Shown here: piece after piece, positions 1 to 10,149 of the stretch
How the letters are laid out: the number at the start of each line of letters is the position of its first letter
How positions within the stretch are numbered: the stretch's first letter is position 1
Source of the DNA: Octopus bimaculoides
Taxonomy: Eukaryota
Reading direction: 5' to 3'
NCBI RefSeq assembly: GCF_001194135.2
Contig: NC_068992.1
Span: 34,351,288 to 34,415,287 of the forward strand
Length of the DNA stretch: 64,000 nucleotides
Position numbers and translations under genes: made by a program
Notes under the pieces: generated by a model
What the model saw: the letters and a program-made list of their open reading frames with translations, nothing else
What the model was told of the DNA's origin: nothing
Database searches by the model: none

Positions 1-230
1 ATAAAAGACACCATTTCGAGCGTGGCCGTTTTCGTGCGGGTGACACGTAAAAGCACCCACTACACTCTCTGAGTGGTTGGCGTTAGGAAGGGCATCCAGC
101 TGTAGAAACTCTGCCAAATTAGACTGGAGCCTGGTGTTGCCATCCGGTTTCACCAGTCCTCAGTCAAATCATCCAACCCATGCTAGCATGGAAAGCGGAC
201 GTTAAACGATGATGATGATGATGATGATGA
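1..230 (+). mobile_element. 3' end of RTE-clade LINE (or SINE sharing its tail) with (GAT)n tail; cut by the window start
   Basis: ...GCATGGAAAGCGGACGTTAAAC(GAT)n. About 96% identical by eye to 21152-21323 and near-identical to 44795-44923. A diverged version of this tail directly follows RTE RT coding sequence at 29620-29806. Confidence 0.85.
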
Positions 231-265
231 TATATATATATATAAATATCTACACACACACACTC

Positions 266-305
<40 letters not shown>

Positions 306-320
306 GTATACATATATACA

Positions 321-710
321 TATCTTTATCTTTTATCCTTTACTTGTTTTAGTGACTAGACTGTGGCCATGCTTGGGCACCACCTTGAGGAATTTTTAGT
401 TGGATGTATCGATCCTTGTGTTTATTTTTGCCTTCTTTAACGCCTGGTACTTATTCTATCAGTCTCTTGTGATGAACCGCTAGCTTATAGGGATATAAAC
501 ACACCAGCTCTGGTTGTCAAGTAGAGTGGTGGGTGGACAAAGACAGACAGACAGACATACACACATACACACAAGCATGCACACACACACACAATATACA
601 CACACATATGATGGTTTTCTTTCAGTTTCCATCTACCAAATCCACTCACGAGGAACCTCTAACCATGTGGTTGGGAAGCAAGCTTCTTACCACACAGCTA
701 CGCCTGTGCC
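321..710 (-). mobile_element. tRNA-derived SINE, family A (internally deleted copy)
   Basis: Reverse complement matches 33576-33979: TGGCTGTGTGGTAAG head, GAGTGGATTTGGTAGA body, internal CA microsatellite, GAAACAAGTAAAAGATAAAAGA-type tail. Confidence 0.8.
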
Positions 711-2159
711 TATGTATATAGATGAAACAAATGAGAGAAACAGAAAATGGAATTCATGAGATTCTCTATTAATCACTAGGTTCATTTTGACTCATCTTGC
801 ATCTGTCCTTCATGAGATACTGTACAACTGATTGTGGTGCATCTTTTGGTGCAGATGTGTGTTGTCAAGTGACTTTTCAAAAGGTATCTCACTCAATAAA
901 TTCGGTTTCACTTAGTAATATTATTTGCCTGTAGGCAACCAGCTACAGGCAAATAATAAGTGGTGCAGAGAGATCATTAATGTTTGTGTGTGTGTGTGTG
1001 TGTGTGTGTGCATAGGTATGTAACTTTATAGATATGAAAGCAAGAAAAATAATTAAAAAATTAAATTTTTTAGAAAAATAATGGTTCAGCACAAGATTTT
1101 GCTTTTACTTGAGGTTTATGACAAAACTGGTTAAAGTATTTCTTCGATTTTGAATGAATGTGCTCAATACTGAAGAATAAAGTTTTCTCATGCATATAGG
1201 GGTTAGAGGGTTTGGATTTGATGTTTAGATTTTATCCTGGCATAAGGGAGGCCTTGATGGTGAATCCATTCTTATCAGTACAAAGGCTCTATTTTCTGTG
1301 GTGATCCCACAAAGCTTACAGTTTTCAGCAGTTTTCCAGTTGATTTTCTGTATTTCTGCCTTTTCTTTCAACAATTGGATATAGTTTTGAAAGTTTCATT
1401 CTAATGCATCACTCACTGCTTTTCAAGGAGAAGGTGTAGTTACAAAATCATATCTTGAAATTTTTTTCTGATATGTTCACATTGTGCTCCAAGTTCATTT
1501 AAAGGTTCATATTGTTTGGTTTGATCCATGCCTCATATACATATGATGGCCAATGTATTGCATAATCCATTAAATGGTTTGATAGAAATCTCTTTGCCTG
1601 AGCATTCAGCTTCAATCATTGTAGTCAGCTAATGACATGACATGTAATCAGCTTTGTATTGACGTCAAAGTTGGAAGTAATCTAAGTGCACAACAGTTAA
1701 AATATTTCCTATGTCTATGGATAACAGGAAGTGCTTATATAAGGAAGTCTTTACCTATATTTATTAGAATGAAATTTCAAACCAAATAGTATTATGACGA
1801 TTTTTTTTTAAGATATCATGGTTGGGAATTTATTTCTTGAATTCACAAGCTTCAGAGTGGATGTTATAATAAGAAACCACCCATTAAAAATTTCCTCACA
1901 GGAGGACAGATTTTACCTATGCGCTCTGATAAAAAAAGAATAGAGTGACATTCTTTGGCACTCCATATTTATGTAAACAAGTACAGGTTGATATAAGCTT
2001 ATATCAACCTGTACTCACATTTAGTGTGAAGTTCGGGGTATTAACTATTTTTAATTTAGTTTCTGCAATAACTTTAAGTACAGTTCTATATTTAAGAGAT
2101 GAGGAATTATTTACATTATTTACATTTGACGGATATTTATCCTCATCTTGTTTGTTGTC

Positions 2160-2205
2160 AACACAATGTTTCGGCTGATATACCCTCCAGCCTTCGTCAG
2201 GTGTC
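2160..2205 (-). ncRNA. Antisense copy of the hammerhead motif (stem III mutated to AACATT)
   Basis: Reverse complement reads GACAC CTGACGA A GGCTG GAGGGTATAT CAGCC GAAA CATT GTGTT. Confidence 0.65.
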
Positions 2206-2285
2206 TTGGGGAAATTTCGAAGCTGGATTCTCATTCCTAACGATGTTACTATTATTATATTATTATTATTATTGGAGTGCCCACG

Positions 2286-2360
2286 GGCATATGGCGTAGT
2301 GGTTAAGAGCGCGGGCTACTAATCCCAAGGTTCCGAGTTCGATTCACGGCAGTGACCTGA
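2286..2360 (+). ncRNA. tRNA-derived SINE head (Pol III A and B boxes); not a functional tRNA
   Basis: A box TGGCGTAGTGG, anticodon-like arm GCGGG-CTACTAA-TCCCA, B box GAGTTCGATTC. No good acceptor stem. Followed by (TAA)n. Confidence 0.75.
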
Positions 2361-2439
2361 TTAATAATAGTAATAATAATAATAATATAATAATAGTAAC
2401 ATCGTTAGGAATGAGAACCGAGGTTCGAAATTTCCCCAA

Positions 2440-2485
2440 GACACCTGACGAAGGCTGGAGGGTATATCAGCCGAAACGTTGTGTT
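2440..2485 (+). ncRNA. Minimal type I hammerhead ribozyme motif (PLE-type)
   Basis: Stem I GACAC/GTGTT; core CTGACGA + A; stem II GGCTG/CAGCC; GAAA; palindromic stem III AACGTT; cleavage triplet GUU. Confidence 0.75.
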
Positions 2486-2944
2486 GACAACAAACAAGAT
2501 AAGGACAAATATCCGTCAAAAGTAAATAATGTAAATAATGTAAATAACTTTAAGATTGAAAACTTGATGCACATTTGTAGTTTTGGAGAGAGTTAACACA
2601 TTATCCCAGTAGTAGAAGTTAAAATTGATTATGTTTAAGGTATCTAATGTAAGTAATCCAATAAGACAGCAGATATCCATGCTAGCACATAATTCCATGC
2701 TTACACTAAATGAACCAACTTGTTTTGATCTCTTGCCTTAGGTTGAGTGCTTATTTATGTCATTATTTCATATTAAGTTTTATATCATAGCAAAATCTAG
2801 TGTGCTACCCAACAGCTCTTGAACCTGGAAATGCTCTTATTGCTTTCACTATTGAACCAAGAAAATACTTCTTGAGTTTACTACACTAGGAAAATTGGTA
2901 GTTATCCTGATGTTATTAATTTTCTGTAGAACAATATTGATTTC

Positions 2945-3160
2945 AAATTTTAGCACAAGACCAGCAAATTCAGTGAAGTAGGGTGAAGTGCAAGTCAATT
3001 ACATCAACCCCAGTGTTCAGCTTGTACTTCTTTTATTGACTCCCGAAAGGATGAAAGATAAAGTCAAATTTGGCAGAATTTGAACACAAAACATAAAGAC
3101 AGATGAAATGCTGCAAAGCATTTTGCTCAGCATGCAAAATATTTTTCCAGCTTGCTGCCT
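2945..3160 (-). mobile_element. Decayed tRNA-derived SINE, family B
   Basis: Minus-strand B-box-like GTGTTCAAATTC followed by GACTTT..TTTCATCCTTTCGGG..CAATAAAA..AAGTAC. Homologous to the plus copy at 56886-57020. Confidence 0.65.
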
Positions 3161-3331
3161 TTTTCTATAGAATATTACTAAAACATTGATTTCAAATTTA
3201 ACTGAGTTTATTAACCTATATTTATGCTAGAAGCAAACTTATTTTATGATCTTTGCTAGAAATAAAGTCATTACACATACATAGTGCCTCTATTTTATTA
3301 TCAATGTCTCACTTTACTGCTATGCGTTTTG

Positions 3332-3642
3332 NNNNNNNNNNNNNNNNNNNNNNNNNNNNNNNNNNNNNNNNNNNNNNNNNNNNNNNNNNNNNNNNNNNNN
3401 NNNNNNNNNNNNNNNNNNNNNNNNNNNNNNNNNNNNNNNNNNNNNNNNNNNNNNNNNNNNNNNNNNNNNNNNNNNNNNNNNNNNNNNNNNNNNNNNNNNN
3501 NNNNNNNNNNNNNNNNNNNNNNNNNNNNNNNNNNNNNNNNNNNNNNNNNNNNNNNNNNNNNNNNNNNNNNNNNNNNNNNNNNNNNNNNNNNNNNNNNNNN
3601 NNNNNNNNNNNNNNNNNNNNNNNNNNNNNNNNNNNNNNNNNN
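3332..3642. other. Assembly gap (N run)
   Basis: Continuous Ns. Confidence 1.
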
Positions 3643-3789
3643 AAGTTATCTTAGCAATAATTTATGTTTAAAGTTAAGAATAAAATGGAGAAAATTTTTC
3701 TCATAATTCTCATATCAAAAATTGATAAAAGGCTTACTTTGTCCATGAACATAACAAATCTTTTTGCTGAGGAGGAGAGATATGTTGAC

Positions 3790-3805
3790 CACACACACAC
3801 ACACC

Positions 3806-3836
<31 letters not shown>

Positions 3837-3965
3837 GCACATTCCCATACAAACATATTTATATGCTCACAATTTTTAAACGTGCACACATGCTGGCCCA
3901 CACACACATACACACGTATCCCCCAATACATACATATACATACACACACATTATCTGTGCACACG
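3790..3965. repeat. (CA)n-rich microsatellite region
   Basis: CA/CATA arrays; the overlapping HT/CV-rich ORFs are artefacts of the repeat. Confidence 0.9.
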
Positions 3966-4466
3966 TATACATACTTGTGCTCACACTCTTTTGCCAGATC
4001 ACAGTTGTCTCCCTTGCCACCCATACTTCCAACCAGTTCCTTCCTTCCAGTCAATACAACATTCAGTAACCCTTAATTCAGACACATATTTTTCTCTCCA
4101 TCTGTTCGCTTTCCTCATTCCTTTCTTTAGAAATGTGTAGGCTTGAAGCAGTTAAGATTTCTTCCATTTATCCTGAGCATTAAACTAGTACACCCAGTTT
4201 GTTTGTTCTTTCACCTGCTTGTGTTTTTTTAATATTTTGTGTAAATTTTGTATACTTTGAACCATGTTTGATCACCAGGCACGGTCCCAGAAATTTTCGA
4301 TGGGAGAACACAAGGTCAGAAGGGAATACAATTCCAGGAGAAAAAGGCATAATAACATTATTTAGAAAGGTACACTTCTTTTCATGAGGTGGGATGTGTC
4401 CTTCAGGTCCCACATTGGTCTGCCCCTGATCTCTGCCTCTTGAAAAATATATATACATAAATATAT

Positions 4467-4506
<40 letters not shown>

Positions 4507-4912
4507 TATAATTAAGATTCGGTTGGATACTTAAATTGAGGCACCTTGTTAGGTTGATCTAATTTGCACACCAAAATAATATCAGGTGGATATCAAACTC
4601 TGTGCTAAATTGTTTGCACCTGATATTCTTGCAGTGTATGCAGATAACACGACCCAACTTAGTGAAGGGATCCGTTCCTGGTTGTTCAAACATATACTTT
4701 ATATAAAAATACAAAAATACTTTCTATAATTTCCGAAGTGCAGATTCCAGGGTAAGTGAATAAAATATGAGTAACAAAGATATACAAATGTCAATTCATT
4801 ATGGCCGTCTCAAGCGACTCTGTTAATTGATTAATGGAAACATTACATCATTGCAAAGAAACCATTTTCGTCAGATGACCACATAGATTTCAAACACAAA
4901 GGAAAAAACAAC

Positions 4913-5381
4913 NNNNNNNNNNNNNNNNNNNNNNNNNNNNNNNNNNNNNNNNNNNNNNNNNNNNNNNNNNNNNNNNNNNNNNNNNNNNNNNNNNNNNNNN
5001 NNNNNNNNNNNNNNNNNNNNNNNNNNNNNNNNNNNNNNNNNNNNNNNNNNNNNNNNNNNNNNNNNNNNNNNNNNNNNNNNNNNNNNNNNNNNNNNNNNNN
5101 NNNNNNNNNNNNNNNNNNNNNNNNNNNNNNNNNNNNNNNNNNNNNNNNNNNNNNNNNNNNNNNNNNNNNNNNNNNNNNNNNNNNNNNNNNNNNNNNNNNN
5201 NNNNNNNNNNNNNNNNNNNNNNNNNNNNNNNNNNNNNNNNNNNNNNNNNNNNNNNNNNNNNNNNNNNNNNNNNNNNNNNNNNNNNNNNNNNNNNNNNNNN
5301 NNNNNNNNNNNNNNNNNNNNNNNNNNNNNNNNNNNNNNNNNNNNNNNNNNNNNNNNNNNNNNNNNNNNNNNNNNNNNNNNN
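4913..5381. other. Assembly gap (N run)
   Basis: Continuous Ns, followed by (CA)n(TA)n. Confidence 1.
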
Positions 5382-5456
<75 letters not shown>

Positions 5457-5462
5457 ATTATA

Positions 5463-5640
5463 CAGGTGCAAGCGTGGCTGAGTGTAAGAAGTTTGCTTCC
5501 CAATCACATGGTTCTGAGTTCAGTCCCGCTATGTGGTAACTTGGGAAAATGTCTTCTACTAAAGCCTTGGGCTGACCAATGCCTTGTGAGTGGATTTGGT
5601 AGACAGAAACTGAAAGATGCCTATCATATACATACATGTG
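5463..5640 (+). mobile_element. SINE family A, 5' half
   Basis: CAGGTGCAAGCGTGGCTGAGTGTAAG...GAGTTCAGTCCC...GAGTGGATTTGGTAGACAGAAACTGAAAG; matches 33576-33730. Confidence 0.8.
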
Positions 5641-6101
5641 TGTGTGTTTATCTATGTAGGTATACATGTATACATACATATACATATACACATTTATATA
5701 TAAACTGTAAATTCATTATATTGTTGCCCCTTACTTTGACATGTGAAATCTTCTTGCTCACTAATATATATTTATGAATATTTGTAATATTTGTACACAC
5801 ACACATCTTATTCAAATTGTTAAGTAATTTCTTCAGCAATAAATGAGTTTTCTCCATCTGCATGCTTTCTTTGAGAAGCGTCTTCTTCTATGGCCTCAGC
5901 TGTGTACAAGCCTTGGAAGGGAATCTGGGTAGATAGCAACTATGTGAATACCCTGTTGAATTGACTGTAGCTATAATTCAAAAGAGCAGCGTTGTTAAAC
6001 TGTCTATAATATCCTCAGTTACTTACACTCAAATACAATATGTAGATATTTCCCGGCAAACTGCACATTTTGCCCATTTTCTTGATCCAATCTATCATAT
6101 A

Positions 6102-6317
6102 CAGGGTGGCCCAAAAGTAAGTTTGCACTTATTCAACTATCACTTTCACATTCATATATTAACAGTTTAGATCTTAATTATAAAAAAATATGAAACCATT
6201 ATTCTATGCTAATTTAGTTAATTGTAAGATAGAAATTTAAATGTAATAAAATATTTTAATTTAAAAGAAATTTAAAGTGCCTACGTGATAACTGTAAACC
6301 TACTTTGGGCCACCCTG
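6102..6317. mobile_element. Tc1/mariner-type MITE, 216 bp
   Basis: TIRs CAGGGTGGCCCAAAAGTAAGTTT and AAACCTACTTTGGGCCACCCTG; TA on both flanks; AT-rich non-coding interior. Confidence 0.9.
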
Positions 6318-7171
6318 TATATGTTTTCTGTTTTCTGAGTATCTCTGTTCCACTATTTTTCTCTTGTCCATTTACTTCATCAAACCTGTCCTTCCCTAAG
6401 TCTCTTGCTGCATCTCCCTTCCACTACATCATTCCTACCACTGCTGTCCATTTCCCACTGCAGCTGTCTTATTCTTGCCACTGCTTGACAAGTTCCACCA
6501 TTACTTGTCCCAGCATCTTTATCCATCTTTATCCCAGCACAGTAGCATCCATTGTAAGTGTGCTGCTTGGGGCATCCCTTCTGTTTTCCACCGCCAGATC
6601 CCACAGAAAACATTGCCTACAGCAGACTCAAAAGTGTCGCCCCTTTAAAAGTGGCACCCAGGACAGACTGCCCCTACCGCCCCACCCCTAGCTATGCTAG
6701 TGATTGTAATGTATGCAGTATTAATTTTTGTCTTCTCCACCCAGTTTCTTCAGTCTAGTCCTCAATATTACTGTTTCCAGGCTCTAGTACTATACAGTTT
6801 ATTTCTTTATGTCAGTTATCTTTGTCACACATATCAACGTCCATTTTTTCAAATATCATTTTTGTGAGAAAGTAGGGAGGAACATTATTAAGCATTATTG
6901 TTGTTTAATATCTCCAAGTTTCTCTCTGCCTCTCATCCCCTTTCCCCCTCTCTCTTTCATCAACATGTTGTCATTCTCCTCACCTTCAGTGATAATTATA
7001 TTCATTTATCTATTAGTCTAGATAATGTTTGGTTAGTATATGTATATATTTATTTGAGTGACGCTGTTCCATAAAAGTAGTGAATCTGCTTTAATTGAAC
7101 GATACATTTGTAACTTCAGTACTCACTGTGAATGTGTTTAAATGTAGGCACAAACGCCCATAAAGGTAAAA

Positions 7172-7570
7172 CTAAGCAGAAGATATGAATATAAAAGACA
7201 TATGCATCAATTTATATAAGCTCAAATCTATCTTCTTTAGAAAATTGTTAGTGAATAGGAAAGACAGATTGAGATTCTTTTGGTGACCAATTTTTCTTTT
7301 CATTTCAAGTACAGGAGAATATATGGCAATGTATTGAAATATGGTGTTGTTAATTCTAAGAATGCAAGTGTTTGGCGAAAGATAAGGCTTGTGTATAGCT
7401 GGTTTAAAAAAATAGAACATACTTTCAGTTCAAGTGTTTTTTTAAGAAAAATTAATATTAAATGGTAAGTCTAAAGATGATGTCTTTATCTTCATATAAA
7501 ATCATCAAAAGTCTTGAACTTCATTGTATAAATTTTGTTGATGTAAATCATCACCAATTTCTTTGAACTT
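7172..7570 (-). pseudogene. Possible decayed hAT transposase C-terminal dimerisation region
   Basis: SPNTCILRINNTI...RKIGHQKNLNLSFLF..FLKKIDL loosely resembles hAT FPN..I.LRI..T...LR..MGQ.RLN.L..L....ID. Recognised by eye only. Confidence 0.3.
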
Positions 7571-8750
7571 TGCTTTATGCTTATTTACAGCTTGGTGGAT
7601 TATGCCAGCATAAATTAAGCATCTCAGTCTCAGACACAAACTTATATAATAATCTACTAATTATACAGAATTTGCCCAGAGCAAATAAATATATTGCTGA
7701 CAATATCAATTGGAACTATTAACTAATACATTAATTAGCTAAACTTGCACAACAATTCAATGTAACAGTCACATTGTTCTATCTATACATTATTTCTATG
7801 AATTGAAAGCCATTGACATAAACAATCTTAATTATAATTAGCACATCAAATTTAATTATTATTTGCAAATTAGTCCTTGTATAGAGTTTCATCCAGTTGA
7901 TATATTTACATGTATCTCAGCAGTTAAATGTTTTAAGTTTAAAACATGTCTCTGGAAACAAAGTGTTTTCTACATTTTTTCTATTATTTAGCCAGAAGAG
8001 AAGTCATGTCTGTGATATATGTAAGACAAATAAATGAAGGTGGTAGTCAGCTCAGTTTTCTGAAAGCTGGTATCTCTGGAGACTGAGTCAATAAAATAGC
8101 CTTCATGCAGTTGCTTGATCTTCTTGAAATAGTTGCTAAATCATCTGCAAATGACCTCCTACTGTCTTAAAAGAGGGTAAGAACTCTTTACAAACCTTTA
8201 AAAATTGGAATGCTTTTGATTATGTGCCTAGTTTATTACAGCTTATCTGGGCCTAAACAACAACTGCTTGGACAAAGTAAATATTCTATAGAGCTGCATT
8301 TCTGGAAGGAAAGTTTTTAGTAGTACTTATAAAAACATGACAGGGATGGTGAATAGAGGGAAGATGATGTATCAGATAAGCTTGGACAGAGATATCATTT
8401 AGCTTACTAGTCTAATGAAATAGAGACTCCTATGTTTGTAAGTGTTGTTGTTTAGCTCCAGGTCATCATTAATCATGTAGACCTATGGATAAAGGCATTC
8501 CCACCATAACCATTCTATCTTTTGGTTTCAGATATAGTATAATATAGTAAAATTTTTGTTTCAGACATAGTATATATATATATATATACATATATATAAT
8601 GCGACAGAGTTAGGGGTTGAGGATTCAACCCACTAAGGGATAGTATCTATCCAATATACTGCTGGGAGGGTACCCAATTATTGTTACACTAGTGTTATAT
8701 CAAATGCAATAAATGGGAGCTGGTAAAAGGGGGGGGGTACCCTAAATTTG

Positions 8751-9467
8751 TATATCAACTAAAAAATGGAGGTAATATGCTGAACCCAACGACTTGCAGA
8801 CAGTGTATCCCGTTGAATTCATAAACTTAATTCATAGCTAAAGTGACAACCCCCCCCCCNNNNNNNNNNNNNNNNNNNNNNNNNNNNNNNNNNNNNNNNN
8901 NNNNNNNNNNNNNNNNNNCCCCACAAAGTACAGGTGTTTATGACAACCATGTTATTTTGACAACCAAGTTTACAGATAAAAGTAAAAAGTACATAAGGAA
9001 TTAGAGAATGAACAAAAGTTTAATCTTACAGCTGTTTCGGCCTAGCTTTGGCATGCCCCATTCTTGTTTCTATTTCACCTTTGTTTTTACCTCTTACTCT
9101 ATATTTGTATGAAATTCTTTGTGAATCTCTGAAGAGGCCTAGCGAATCGTGCATGTACCCCTATTTCAGCATTTCATCTGATAATCACTCCGGCAGGAAC
9201 TATTTGGATAGAATGGGGCATGCTAAATCTAGGCCGAAACAGCTGTAAGATTAAACTTATGTTCATTCTCTAATTCCTTATGTACTTTGTACTTTTATCT
9301 GTAAACCCGGTTGTCAAAATAACATGGTTTGTCATAAACACCTGTACTTTGTGTTTTTTTTTTTTATTTGTCACTTTAGCTATGAATTAAATTAATGAAT
9401 TCAACGGGATACACTGTCTGCAAGTCGTTGGGTTCAGCATATTATCCTCCATTTTCTAATTGATATA
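8751..9467. repeat. Large imperfect foldback (arms 8751-9064 and 9210-9467, spacer 145 bp); probable solo PLE pLTR with inverted copy
   Basis: Arms are reverse complements with scattered mismatches. The left arm is interrupted by the N gap 8860-8918. Confidence 0.85.
9124..9252 (+). ncRNA. Type I hammerhead ribozyme motif with long stem-II insert
   Basis: Stem I AATCT/AGATT; core CTGAAGA (9129-9135); stem II GGCCTAG/CTAGGCC; GAAA (9236-9239); stem III C-AGCT-G with palindromic loop; cleavage triplet GUA (9245-9247). Confidence 0.8.
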
Positions 9468-9469
9468 TA

Positions 9470-10010
9470 AATATATATAAATAAATATATATGTGTGTGT
9501 GTGTGGGGGGGTATATGTATATATGTGTATATGCACATGTATGTAAGCATATGGATATGAAAATAAACAGATCAACATATAGATGGATAGGTACATAGGT
9601 TATATCAACACACAAGCGCACATATGCAAATGGAGACTGAAACACATGTCCATATATACACACACACACTTTACTTCACACAAGGATACATATGGAGACA
9701 CGTGTCCACAAATATAGAGATGCACATCCATACATGCAAACACAGTACATAGTTGCAAAACTCACACTCAGACATGCACACACAAGGAGACAGAGGTGCA
9801 TACATATGCAAGCACACACACGCACACATACATAAAAAATACACAAACATGGACATGCAAGCACATGAATGTGTAGAATACATATATACAGATGCACACT
9901 CATACATACATATGCATAAACACACATATATACATACACACACATGCATACATACATACATGCATGCAAGTATGCATAGGCACACACACTGACCCACACA
10001 CATGTGCACA
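9470..10010. repeat. Degenerate CA/TA low-complexity tract
   Basis: Continuous CACATA/TGTATA-type degenerate microsatellite; overlapping ORFs are C/V/Y/H/T-rich. Confidence 0.85.
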
Positions 10011-10149
10011 AATAAACAAAAAGGAACGCAGTGTAAATAACGGAAAGAGTCAAGACTATTGAAAAGGTTGCAAGATGCAACGAAAATTTTGGGAAAATAA
10101 AAATAGGAAATAAGTGGAAATTTTACCGGAGAGTGTGTTAAATTATAAG

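Larger units (their letters stand above)
2106..2540. mobile_element. tRNA-headed SINE with PLE-type hammerhead tail, preceded by an inverted copy of the tail
   Basis: 2106-2273 is the reverse complement of about 2372-2540 (roughly 7 mismatches). The spacer between the arms holds a tRNA-like head. The tail contains CTGACGA..GAAAC. Confidence 0.8.

Noticed and set aside
2286-2360. Possible genuine tRNA-Ser(ACT) gene
   Set aside because: No proper acceptor stem or T-run terminator, and it is followed by a repeat tail; it fits a SINE head.
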